Source of the DNA: Lingula anatina
Lineage: Eukaryota > Animalia > Brachiopoda
Assembly (NCBI GenBank): GCA_051362555.1
Contig: CM120646.1
Coordinates: 13,020,001 to 13,084,000, forward strand
Length of the DNA: 64,000 bases
Direction of reading: 5' to 3'
Shown here piece by piece: positions 52,036-64,000 of the stretch. Position 1 is the stretch's first letter. Every line of letters begins with the position of its first letter. The notes under the pieces were generated by a model. It did no database searches and had not been told where the DNA came from. It was given only the letters and a program-made list of their open reading frames with translations. A program made the translations under genes and the position numbers.

Positions 52036-52849
52036 ATACAAGCAGAACAAGATTGAAATAAACACCGCTTCAAAGAAGGACAGTTTTATTTCAAAAATTA
52101 TGTATTTTTGCATCTTTAATATGGCAAAGTTAGTAAAAGTATAATTGGACAAATTTATAAAAAAGTGTAACTTGGAGGATGTGCCAAGAGTTACTTGGTT
52201 AAATTAATCCCAGGGAATTTGTCAGTTACATGTTCCAAAGAATACAGTTAACAAAATGTCAAACCTACTGTGGCAATAACATATATATTATCAAAAACTT
52301 TAACTATTAAGCATAGAATTTAATAAAATCCAATGATGAAAAATTACGATTCTGACTTTTAGTCTTGGACAACTGGAATGTATCATTTTTAGTCTATGTT
52401 CACCTTTGATCACAACAGTGGATTCATTCCGTCCCTGATATGATCCAAGTTGATTTTCTACTACAGTTATGATGACACGTTGGATAGAGCATTCAAACCG
52501 TCGCTCATGCAAGATAAGATTTAAAAACGTTATTAACAGCCTGTCTCACAAAAGATATATCAGCACGTCCACGATACTGGGTATGGGCAACATGGCGCCG
52601 ATCTTGTGAGCACGCTTTCCGCTTAGAATGTGCATAGTATTTTCCTTTATATATCCATAAATTTTGGAAAATGTAACATAAAACTCACAAAAATAATTAG
52701 GAAAGAGTTCACTTAACTTCACAGAGTTGAGATGCGATCCTGAATCGGCGGTTAAAAAGCGATAACATGAAATTGTCTCTTGTGTGCACGTAATTCGGTT
52801 ATATAATAGACCCCATCCAGGATGGATGATCCCAGCACTTACTGATCCG

Positions 52850-52985
52850 CCGATTAAATATGGCCGACCGCATTTCAAAAGCGATACCGCCGATTCCTGA
52901 TGGTCTCCCCGCCTCCACATGCGCCGTCGCTGCAGGGGCCTATAGCAAATTAAACCTCGGAGCCGAGATTTAATCCGTTCAAATG
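52850..52985. mobile_element. Partial copy of the 24281-24575 MITE
   Basis: aaatatggccgacc...cctgatggtctccc..cctccacatgcgccgtc.ctgcag.ggcct..aacctc.gagc.gagatt shared. Confidence 0.7.
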
Positions 52986-53715
52986 AAAACATAATATGAA
53001 AAAGGGAATAGAGGTACATTTTAACCCCTATTGATAGTTAGCAGGCGATAATAATTAAGCATATGGAAATAGAACAAAAAGACAAGACAATGAGAGATGG
53101 TAAATACTAAATATTGACTGTTGTTTAGTATGAATTAAAATACAAAGACAGTAATGTTTATAAGCAGCTGAAATAATTGGGTTATTTAAAGAAATATTTA
53201 TTTTACTATTTAATACAATATTGGCACAAGAATTGTTTTAATTGCGTTAAGGATATGAAAAATGTTGTTTACAAATGTATTACGTTTGTAAACAGTTATA
53301 CAGTTATACAGTATGTATGTCTTTGCAGGTCTGACAGTTCTCAATTTGGAGTACATTAAAAACTTTAATTTAACACTTGTATTTGACGATTGTTTAGGTA
53401 TCCTACAACATAAATGTTTGTGAACTTATGATTTCGATAAAACGATTCCATGTTGACGTAATTTAAATGTTTTGTAAAACAAGGGGCCAGTTTGTGAACT
53501 CTCAGCACAAAATTACCTTGCAATAACAGTATATAGGTGAGTGAAATTCCATTTCGTTTACGTTGCAACCGATTTCGTAAAGAATGTCACTGAGCGACTA
53601 CATGTTGGAAAAAATCTTATTAAAAAGAAAACGTAAAAGTGCGGCAATTTCAGCCTGTCTATTGTCACGGCATTTGTTATGTTTCTTACACAATATCCCA
53701 CACCTAAAACACTTG

Positions 53716-56700
53716 CTATGCATCGCATTCGTTAGACAAGTCATATATCGGGTTTTGGAAACCGACTTGGTCGCCGGCCTTGCCGCTGGATGACGTTTTC
53801 TTTGAGCGTATCTTGGGAGGCACATTAGGCGAATCGCTGTTATCTAGAATTAAAACTTTATCCTCTGGCCCACTCCGTCTGCGTCTGCAAGGTAAGCAAC
53901 TCAACTGATATTTTCCAAGTTACAAGTCAAACAAGATGAAATATTTGCATTATACTTGTCACATCAAGTTCATAGTTTTCCGCTACAAACTATATCCCCA
54001 AGTGGTCCATTTCTAAGAAAAAAAAACGAATGAAATTCAAATATTAAACATACGTTATGGAAGTATATCTGACGAGAATGAAAAAAGCTCGCAATACAAC
54101 TCATTCAGTTTATCCCAACTACTCACCGACATATTACAACGGTGACTACTATTAACACGATAATAGCGACCAACCCTGCCGCGCCGCCTCCTATAAATGT
54201 CGCATTTTCTGAAACAATACAAACCTATGTGTATTGATTGCTATAGCATTTACTTGGATATGGATTGTACTTGCTGGGCAAGGGGTGGTTGTACAGGAGG
54301 GAAGAGTTATTAACTGTCTCGAATATTGATATTGCCAAGAAACATCAACGGTGGTTTCTGCGCATTGAATTGCATCGCAAAATATATATTTTATTAACAA
54401 TTACCAAGTACTGTTGATGTTTACTTACAGAGTTTCAGAGAATCCGTGTGTAATTCAAATATTGAGATAGGACTTGTATACAAACTCTTGAATTGATGAA
54501 CAAAGACACTGGTTACGGATCTAGTAAGCTGACTGAGAGTGTTGCTTTGAAATGTGAACCACGCATGCTCACAACTGTCCCCTCACCTTTCAAAACGGAT
54601 ACAACTCCACTCCCAGTTTGCCTCTCCACGCCTGGCCTCGAAGGGGGAACGATCGGAGTCGATGATTTGACTGGTGTGGACTTCCCCGGTTTAGGCGAAA
54701 CTGTTTCCCTCGACTTGGAAGTGTTTGGGATATTTGTAGGCGAAGAGGTGTCATCAGGCGTTACAATTTGCTTGCTGATAGTTATGCCAGGATCCGTCTT
54801 CTTTGATGGTTTTGAATTTAGAGTAGTCACCTTGGTTCCAGGAACCGTTTTTGAAGTGATGGGCCTGCTCATTGTGGTAGACCTAGTAAACGCTGTAGGT
54901 GTTTCGGTGGTGGTAGTACTTATTGGTATTGTGGTTGTAAGTATGGGGGTTGTTGTTTTTGGTGTTGTGTTTTTTGCTGTGAGGGTTGTAGTTGCAGTTG
55001 TTAGGGATGCGGTTGCAGTCGTAGAAGTTGTGGTTGGAGGGATTATAGTGGTAGTTGTTGGTGTTGTAGTAGAAGTTGTTGGGGTTCTGGTTGTTGATGG
55101 CGTTGTGGCTGTAGTTGTGGGAGTTGTAGTGGTCGTTGTAGTTGTTGGTGTTGTGGTTGTAGTTGTGGGAGCTGTTGTTGTTGTAGGTGTTGTAGTTGTA
55201 GTTGTTGGTGTTGTGCTAGTAGTTGTAGGTGTTGTAGTTGTTGGTGTTGTGGCTGTAGTTGTGGGAGTTTTAGTGGTTGTGGAAGTTGTAGTGGTTGTTG
55301 TTGGTGTTGTGGTTGTAGTTGTGGGAGTAGTTGTTGTAGGTGTTGTAGTTGTAGTTGTGGGAGTTGTTGTTGTTGTAGATGTTGTAGTTGTAGTTGTTGG
55401 TGTTGTGCTAGTAGTTGTGGGAGTTGTTGTTGTTGTTGGTGTTGTTGTTATAGTTGTTGGTGTTGTGCTAGTAGTTGTAGGAGTTATAGTAGTAGTTGTT
55501 GGTGTTGTGGTTGTAGTTGTGGGAGTTGTTGTAGGTGTTGTAGTTGTAGATGTTGGTGTTGTGGTTGTAGTTGTGGCAGTTGTAGTGGTAGTTGTTGGCG
55601 TTGTGGTTGTAGTTGTTGGCGTTGTGGTTGTAGTTGATGGAGTTGGAGTTGTAGATGTTGGTGTTGTGGTTGTAGTTGTGGGAGTTGTATTGGTTGTTGT
55701 TGGTGTTGTGGTTGTAGTTGTGGGAGTTGTAGTGGTTGTAGTTGGTGTTGTGGTTGTAGTTGTGGGAGTTGTAGGGGCAGTGGTTGTCGTTGTAGTTGTA
55801 GGGGTTGTTGTTGTTGAGGGCATCGTACTCGTAGTGATACATTGACCTTTGACCACGCTGACGTCATCAATAGCAATATCACTGTAGGTGCTGTTTCCAA
55901 CTTTTGCCTCAAATACTATCTGGTGCCGGCCGCCAGGTATGTTAATTTCAGCTAATTGCCACTCCTCTTTGCCGTACGCTGGTAATGAAATGAAACAAAA
56001 GATATACGAGGAACTTTAGGGCAACATATTCCAAAACCTAACCGGCAAACTTTGTACTCATCTGAACACTCAGTATGGTACGTTCAAATGATTTGAGCAG
56101 AGAACAATGTACTGTCAATTTCAAAGAGCAGGTGCTTGATTGTAATTACCTGTGATTCGTATTTTAGGGATCAACACGATGATCGATGGGCTGTGAGATG
56201 ATGAATTATAAATATGACTCAATGGGTCTAAGACGTTCAGTCGCAACTATTTCTGATAGAAATCGTTTCCCCAGGGGAGGTTCACTTAAATCTGGATTTG
56301 TTGACTTTCTTTATCTCAACCCTACTTTTTTGTCTTCTCAACTCTCAGACCGTGGTTTTGTATTCTGCGCCTCTTTAACCGCGGTTTTAAACAAGAAAAA
56401 TATCCGAACTAACTTAAATCTAATTTTGTTAAATATGTCATCCGACAACAGCATTCGTTAACATATAAAAACAAAATCCGTTATGCTATCTGTTCACTCC
56501 GAGGCGTGGGGCAAATGATTATTATAGTTAGCCGTGTTGTTATAAACACTGATGTCCTTTCAATATGCCTTGGCAATTAAGGGACAAGTTCGCGAGGCTA
56601 CCTACGTAAGCAGTATCCAGCGAGAAAAGTTTTGTCACTAGTTAGACACCACGGTAAGCCGGTGAAAGTGTCATCCAAGGTACAGGTGGAGTACCAGTGA

Positions 56701-59700
56701 CCATTATACTGGAAGGGGAAAAGACAGGCCGCACCATTTGCTCTTCCACCATAAGTTATATTTGTACTCACTAAAAAAAACGATATATGTCATGATTTGC
56801 ATAGCCTGAATAATGCTGTTGAATTACTGTCTTCACATATGTGTGTCTGAATCATGAACACCAGCATTCAATTATTTCAACAGAAACGAAAATAATGTGC
56901 ACTGCCATTAAACTGTTTCATTTCTTTCCAAAGAAGTGACCATGGTTGCGGTGACTGTAAAATGCTGTGATTTGGTACTTTGATCAGTTTTATAGTCATA
57001 ACACAATTCCCAAGGGCAAAATTAAAGAAGTACAAAAGAAAGAACAGTAACAGGCTCTCTTTACATTCCTTACCTGTGCCAGTAATTTCTATCACATTAT
57101 ATTCCCTGTTTCCTGTAACTCGATATACCTGAAGTGTCCCAACATCAATACCGAACATGTAGAAGTAGAAGCGCAGGCACGTGGGTCCAGAGTGAGAAAA
57201 CTCCGTTGATATCACACGCCCCTTTCTATTGCCAATACCAAGCGCAGAGTCGATGTACAAATAATGTCCTGAAAAGTATACAAGTGGAGTATTCCTGGTG
57301 AAAATTCGCTAAAATCGACTCGCTCCGCTTTTTCTGTAAGGAATTAGTGCGTATTTACAGGGGCTAAGTTCACTTGGGCAGATTCACTGTGTTTTTGGAA
57401 CACATTTATTGTTATCAAACTTGAAATTTTTTGTCACTGCCCATGCCTAACATAAACGAGATACAGAGGCTAGAAACTGTATGAAGACAAATGTGCCCTT
57501 TAAGACTGTGTTCCCATAAGCCCATGATACCAGCTGGATCGATCTTCTCGCTAAAGCGTTTTTACTTTAATAATCTCAATTGTCTGGCACGCCCCCTTGG
57601 GTAACTAGGGGTAATTTATTATCGCTAATTACTCCCTAGCAGATTGAGTAGGCGTGCCAGACATTTAAGCCGCTCACACTGAATGCAATTTAGCGAGAAT
57701 CCCAGTAGAGTGAGATCGATCCAGCTAGTACGATGGATTTTTCCGTCATAACAGTAGCCAGTACCTGAAGTGCTGTTAGTAAAACCAATGGTATTATCCA
57801 GCTCTGGACCCGTATACAAGTTCTTTGTGCCACCGCTGGCGAGCGTCCAGTTCTGGCCATCTTGACCGTCCATTTTAAAGCCACACATAGGGTCAGCCTG
57901 GCCCTCGAAATTGCACTGAAACAAGAGGTCATTAGGGGAAGGTGTGGGTGCCACTGGAAACACTGGAATGAAAAATAATTAAATCCAATTAAGATAGAAG
58001 CAGAGTATAATTTAATATTTCCATCGTATTTTATATGATTTTAATGACTTAAAAGTCCCGAACGCGTGCATTTCAATAAATTCTCACATGCATTTTAAAT
58101 AGTCAGCATGGCCTTAGTATTCCTAAGTCTAAATGGCGTTATTTGATGAGATGGGACTACAATGTGTTGTGAAGAAATGATAAATTCGAGGTAATATATC
58201 AGACCTGGGCATCCTCCCTCCGAGACCACTAAATCATCGATGCCATATTCTCCAAACTTGCTGGCTGACAGGGACACCTCAATGATAAGGTCGATCACGC
58301 CTTTGTCGAGGATTTCCGCAGAACCTTTTACCCATGATTTTGTACCAGAGGCTGGAACACATTTGAAGATATTAATCATCGTTCTTTTTAGTTCTTACGA
58401 AAACAATTCTTTACTTTTCTTTCAGATTAATTTTATGCAGAAATAACAAACATTCTTCTTGTGATAAAATAATATTAAAAATGTGTAAAACATTTTGCCT
58501 TGAAACATTTCATCAAAACGAGCATGATAGCGGAAGTATTTTATTTACATTATCTTAGGCATACAAGGCCAGAAAAGTCACACATTTAGACACCAGGCAC
58601 TAAGTAAAGAGGGTCCCTTTCCCTATTAAAAAAAACCTTGTCGGTAGAAGCAACAATTTCGCTGCCCAAGCTGCTCTCCGCGAAAGTGTGGTACGGTCCG
58701 CTATAAGGTCCATACTTACTGTAACACCGACCGTGGCTGAACTTTTCACGGGGTTTGCTGGTGGCGCACCATGGTCCGGCGACGGAATCCTCCAGCGTAC
58801 ACCCATCAACAGTTCTGTCTCTGTAATGGAATGGAAACACGCAGGGTGGGCCATGTTGGTTGCCCTGATCATCATACGTCCTGTGTGTTGAGACTGAAAC
58901 AGGAAAAACAGACAAATAAAACGATGAAAAATACAGGTTATTATTAGTGAAAGAAGGAAAAAAAGACAACCAATTTTAAGGGAATAATACATAATACATT
59001 AAAAATGCCACAAAGAGACCGATGTATGTTTGTATAGTATTCACAATATACGTAGGCCTACTGCAAATTCTAGCTTACTTTCACCGGTTTTCTGCCATAG
59101 CAGCTTCGGGTTACGCCCTAACGTTCGCGTGAAGAGAGTCAGGTTCCCCATATCTATTCCATAGGCGTGGTAATAGAACGTTGCACACCGTCTTCCGGTT
59201 CCAGGAATGTCGGGTACAACAAGCCTCGCTTTGGCCCCCAACACGGCAGTGTCCGTTTTCACATACACGAAGCTTCCTGTAAACAAGATTGGCATCTTAC
59301 TTCTGTTGTCTTGGTTTGATAAGATGTATCAAGTATGGAATGTCCAGCCGAATGCCAGATGAAAATACATCGTAAATCACCGTATAGATCTTGTATAAAA
59401 TGTAATAAGTATTAGTCAGATATAAAAAAATCTACTAGCGCTGTTTGGTACAATGCTCAAGCTTTCGGTTTGCTGCTAACTCCAGGGACTCAAGTTTGAA
59501 GAAGCCTGAAGAAAGCAGCAAACCGAAGGCCCTGACATTGTTCCAAACACAGTATTATCTTTAAAGATGCATTTAAATCTGACTTATTACTTTAGGTAAA
59601 AATACAAACACGTTCGTAAATTGAGAAAAAATTTACAATCTGTTTACAATCGGCCCTTTCGGTTTGTCAGAAAAACGGACATAACAATGTTTTTCATATA

Positions 59701-62700
59701 GGTAGTGTCAACTGTCCTGGCCGATGGCGTTCATTTATAATGAATGAACAAAATACACTTTTTATTTAAATAATCATATCTGGTGTGTTCATTGTGTACA
59801 TAAGCAAAATACCATACTTCAGGGACATATGGCTGCATGGCTACTCCTCTCTTACCCGAGCCTGTGGTGTGGTCGTACATAGGCCCCGTATACGAGCTAC
59901 CGGTGGTGCCGTACACCCACGCCCAGTCAAAGTCATCTGTGTTGTCTTGCTTTATGCCGCAGAGAGATTTTTCGTCAAAGTTACAGGAGAAAGGCAACCC
60001 AATTGGGCCACCCGATGGTGGGATATTCGTGGCCGCTGAAGGTGACACTTGCTTGGAAGTCAATGCTGGAGTTGTTAGTTCAGCAGGACTGGTCCCAGGG
60101 CAATTCACAGGCAATGGGGTCGTTTGAACGCAGGTGCCCTTTACAATAGATATATCATCTATTGCAATGTCACTAAAGATACTATTCCCTGTGGCAACTT
60201 CGAACAAAACCCGTTGGCGGCCAGCTGGGAGGTCAATTTCGGTCATTTGCCAGGTTTGGTTTCCATACGCTAAATACAGTGACGAAATTGGTATACGTAG
60301 TAAAAGGAGATCAAGTGATAGTTATCGGAAAGATGCCACATTTATGCAACACATTTAATTTCACTTCAGCCTTTAGTCTTTTTTCAAATAATAATGATAA
60401 TAATAATAATAATGATAAAAACACATTTCGGTTGCCCTCAACTTTAACTAAATATTAACTAACCAATTAATTTCAATGCGAGCTCGAATGTTTTCCTACA
60501 AATTCGCTGTCTGCTTTAATTATCATACTATGAACTGTAATTAATATATAGTCTTTCAAATAATATTTGCTTTTTGTGCCTTGTATGAGAAACATAAGAA
60601 ATAATAATCTATTTGAGAAGGGATTCTCGTTAGTGGTACTTACGCAAGCAGTAACCGTATTTGAAGCCGGCTGTGTCTGCCATGCACCATGGCAGTCCAT
60701 TGCTTGTATCCCGTAATGTACATCCGTAGTGGTCAACATTGACGTACGTAAAGGGGAAGGCACATCCAGCCCCTCCTGCATTGCCACCATATGTTAAATG
60801 TGTTGTAACTGAAATGATATCGATAATATGATAACACAGACGGTTAAGTGTTTTAATTTGAAATGAGTATAATGTTAGGTGTTTTAAACGAAATAAGGAT
60901 AACTACATGTATTTTAGGGTTGACTTATTGCCGTTCACGAAATACTGCTTCCCTTTTTGATCAGGCCCCTGTTTCATAAAAAAAAAAAAAAAAAACTTAA
61001 GTCAGGTTCCCTGGCTAAGAACGTAATTACCAAAGCTAAATGGGCACATCTCACCCTATCAGGAGTAGTGTAACAGCACTCTCATAGAAATCTTAGTCAA
61101 CTTAGCCAGGGGACTGACTTAAGTTTTTTAGTGAAACTGGGGCAAGGTGCTTAATTTTAAAGTTGACTTTATGTAATCAAATGCCACACTTCATGCTATT
61201 TTTGCCTCAATTGAAGAAACTGCTATTGTTCAGCCCTAAGTAGGAGAGTTAAAACGAACTAGGTAAAGAAAAACGCTGCGTTTGTGCCAAGAGTGTGCCC
61301 AATACCTTTTCCAGTGGTTTCCCACAAAACATTCTCCTTGGAACCCGTCACACTGTACACCCGTAAAGTTCCGACATCTATGCCGAAAATGTAGTAATAA
61401 AATCGAAGGCACAGATTTGACGTTTGACTTAAGGTACCGGAGACCAGGCGGCCTAGAGAGTTCCTCTCTCCATCGCCAGCGTTGGCATATATGTAACGGC
61501 CTATTTTATGTACAACAAAATATACAAAAATAATGAAGAAAAGATTAGAAAAATACGACAAAACAACAAAATGTAAAGAATAAGTGAATAAATCATACAT
61601 TCCTGTACAAGTACACTGAAAAGATGTGTTTGCAATTACAAATTACACATATTCAAGTCATATTGAACTATTTACTTGTATAGATGCCTGATGGCCAACA
61701 GACGGATGTATTTTAAGGGTGTGTTGGCGGACAAAATCGTGACAGATTCAAATGTCATAAATTGTATCAGGCTACCTGTACTGTACAGAAGTTTAACAAA
61801 GAGATATTTATTGTGTAGTAACATGTACATGTACCTTTGGCATTCCCACTTTTCCCACACGTGTTATCTGTCTCTGGCCCAGTGTAATCTGTATTAGTAG
61901 AACCGCTTGCCACATTCCAACCGATGGAATTTCTACCTGAAACCGACTGGGCCAGTCCGCAACTAGATGGTTCACTTGAGCTTTCAAAATCGCAGTGATA
62001 AACTACTTCATTCGGCGAATACGTTGGACCTACCGCCGGGACTGAAAATACAAATTGTGGACGAGTGTGTATGATTCGTGCCAAGTTAAATCTTAATGGA
62101 TCCATCTTGTACATGTACTGAAGGTCTTCTTGAAGCATTTGTGGAACATTTATCATCTGCACAATGTTTTCAAACCTACATTCCTCAGAATCAAAAGTAA
62201 AAACTTCCACCAAAGAACATCTTCACAACCAAAATTTAAATGTTGTTTTAACCAAGTCTAATGTAAGCCAAAGAAAACCCCGCCACAATGCTGATCAGAA
62301 TTATGTATCATAATTACGTGGACATTTTCCCTCAGTGATAACAATGTCGTCTACTGCCAGGTCTCCAAAGCGACTGTCCGACAGCGTGGCCTCTATAACA
62401 AGATCGCCAGCACCGGGTGGGAGATCAACACTGCCTTGTAACCAGGCCCTACTGCCACTAGCTAGTGAAAAAATAATGCCCATGAAATAATCATTTAACA
62501 TAAGCCCTGCGAAGTGACCATGTACCTTAGAAGAGAAACAAGTAGAAATGTATATAAAGTGGCAATCATACTTATTTCTTCTTCAATGCAAATAACATGG
62601 ATTTATTACAGGCAAAGAAACACATTTTCGCTTACAAGTGGTATACAAAAAGTACGAGGGCAGCATTTAACTAAGGGATACGCTATTTATCTTTGCATAT

Positions 62701-64000
62701 ATTTTACACAAGAAGTGATTGGCCGAAGGAGAGAAAAGTGAAACACAAACGCCGGGCTGTACTACAAAAACACATGCAAATTAACTGTAACTGGCGTAAT
62801 ATTTCAAGAAACATTCATTCGATTCGTACACCCGTGCATTTACTTACTAAAACATCGTCCAATTTCAAGCTGAGGGTCAAAGCGGATGATACACCAAGGT
62901 TTATCATTGAGCGACTCTTCCAATGTACAACTATGGTATATTTGATTCTTATATGTGAATGGAAAGATACACGGAGGACCGTTCATATTGCCAGCATCGT
63001 CATACGTCTTGTTGGCCACTAAAACATAAACACAATTATAGGTTAAGCATCAATAAATCAATTCAAACGTCAATGATGTTTAATGGCAAAAAAAATATAA
63101 AATTATCATTTATGAATGGTTAAGAATATGTAAATTAATGGCATTTTGATTTTAGAATACTTAAATAAAAAAGAGAAGACGTACAACACTAAAGAGATTA
63201 CCTTCTCCGATTTTTTGCCATAAAAGAATACGTGATTGGCCCTTTAGCTGATAGTAAATGGACAGGTTCCCCATGTTTATACCAAAAGCGTGGTAATAGA
63301 AGGACAGACACCTGGAGCCGTAGCCTGGCACATCATGTAACACCAGGCGTGATTGGTCACCTTCTGAATGGCCGTCAGGCTGTACAAAGACGTAGCTACC
63401 TGTGCACAAAACGACGTTTGCAGAATTACTCCTCAAGCATAGTAAACTACATGTATGTCTTTCTTGGACTTACAAAATTAATGAGAATAGAACAAACGTC
63501 ATATTGAACAGCATAGGGAGCTGTTTATTTAAATATTTGTATTTTCTTTATCTTATCAACTACATATTCGGGTTAAATGGACTAACAGATATACCATCAG
63601 ATCAAGGAGAGACCGCGTAGCTTTCAAAGATTAAAGAAGATAAGCTCAAGGAAAAAGTCCCTTATCCAATTGCGTACCTCTGCCAATTTAAAAAGTAAAG
63701 CATACTTCTGTAAGTATGACATATGACATAGAGACAACTTCAAATGGTAATACAAGATAATGCCGCCAACGACAATAAACCCACCAGAACCGCTGGTATG
63801 GTCATACATTGGGCCTGTCAAATGCATGTATTGAAAGTCTGCTGGACCCTCTTCCCTTATCCAGTCGAATTCGTCTGTCTGATCTTGAACTATCCCACAG
63901 AATGTTGGGTCATCAAAGTTACAAGAAAACACCTCCGCCTGTGGCGCTAATGTCGCCGTTGTAATCGATCCGGTAGACGTCAGCACTGCTGGGGTCACGT
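53716..64000 (-). CDS. Type I membrane receptor (5' part outside window): 4 x [MAM with inserted FN2] - Thr/Pro mucin stalk - TM - FxNPxY tail
   Basis: Exons >64000-63785, 63399-63202, 63018-62848 (FN2), 62461-62318, 62041-61835, 61500-61306, 60808-60644 (FN2), 60269-59856, 59276-59085 (or 59079), 58893-58720 (FN2), 58351-58205, 57962-57765, 57268-57074, 56770-56606 (FN2), 55978-54587, 54190-54127 (TM GGAAGLVAIIVLIVVTVVICR), 53884-53716 (..GFQNPIYDLSNECDA*). Confidence 0.85.
55020..55835 (-). repeat. Coding Thr/Pro-rich mucin-type tandem repeat (PTTTTTT-like units)
   Basis: ~270 codons of mostly Thr with periodic Pro; degenerate (ACA/ACT/ACC)n with variable unit length. Confidence 0.9.
57504..57727. 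mobile_element. Second member of the 39732-39959 MITE family
   Basis: TAA|GACTGTGTTCCCAT start; cagctggatcgatct...agatcgatccagct and tgtctggcacgcc/ggcgtgccagaca arms. Confidence 0.6.
59405..59593. repeat. Imperfect inverted repeat in an intron
   Basis: aagtattagtcagat..tgtttggtacaatg..ttcggtttgctgct / agcagcaaaccgaa..cattgttccaaaca..atctgacttattactt. Confidence 0.65.
60965..61143. mobile_element. Hairpin MITE (Harbinger-like)
   Basis: GCCCCTGTTTCA..AAAACTTAAGTCAG..CCCTGGCTAAG / CTTAGCCAGGGGACTGACTTAAGTTTTT..TGAAACTGGGGC; flanks CAG/AAG. Confidence 0.65.

Noticed and set aside
54254-54313. Possible extra 60-nt exon between mucin and TM exons
   Set aside because: Splice sites are weak and the frame is preserved without it; left out of the model.
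54493-55845. 450-aa poly-Val/Gly ORF on the + strand
   Set aside because: Antisense shadow of the Thr/Pro mucin exon; the - frame is continuous with a MAM C-terminus and bounded by splice sites.
55468-55912. Poly-Q/L and Y/N/H-rich ORFs on the - strand
   Set aside because: Alternative frames of the same low-complexity mucin repeat.

Overview
Intron-rich, AT-rich eukaryotic (invertebrate metazoan, probably lophotrochozoan/mollusc-like; inferred) genomic DNA. From left to right: a decayed Helitron/Helentron (DUB-like, Rep and PIF1 remnants) with a PIF/Harbinger MITE in it; a 5'-truncated L2/CR1-type LINE; HSPA13 (- strand, 6 exons) head-to-head with ATP6V1A (+ strand, 14 coding exons, one U12-type intron) across a ~140-bp gap; a ~1790-aa type II membrane mosaic protein (betaglycan/endoglin-orphan-like domain, 5 SRCR, 4 MAM, chitin-binding, C-type lectin); a short DDR-like signal peptide + single discoidin gene; and the 3' part of a convergent - strand type I receptor in which each of four MAM domains has a fibronectin type II exon inserted inside it, followed by a Thr/Pro mucin stalk, a TM helix and an FxNPxY tail. 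Many MITEs and microsatellites lie in introns and intergenic DNA. All gene models were built by eye from splice signals, frame continuity and remembered family motifs; no database search was run.
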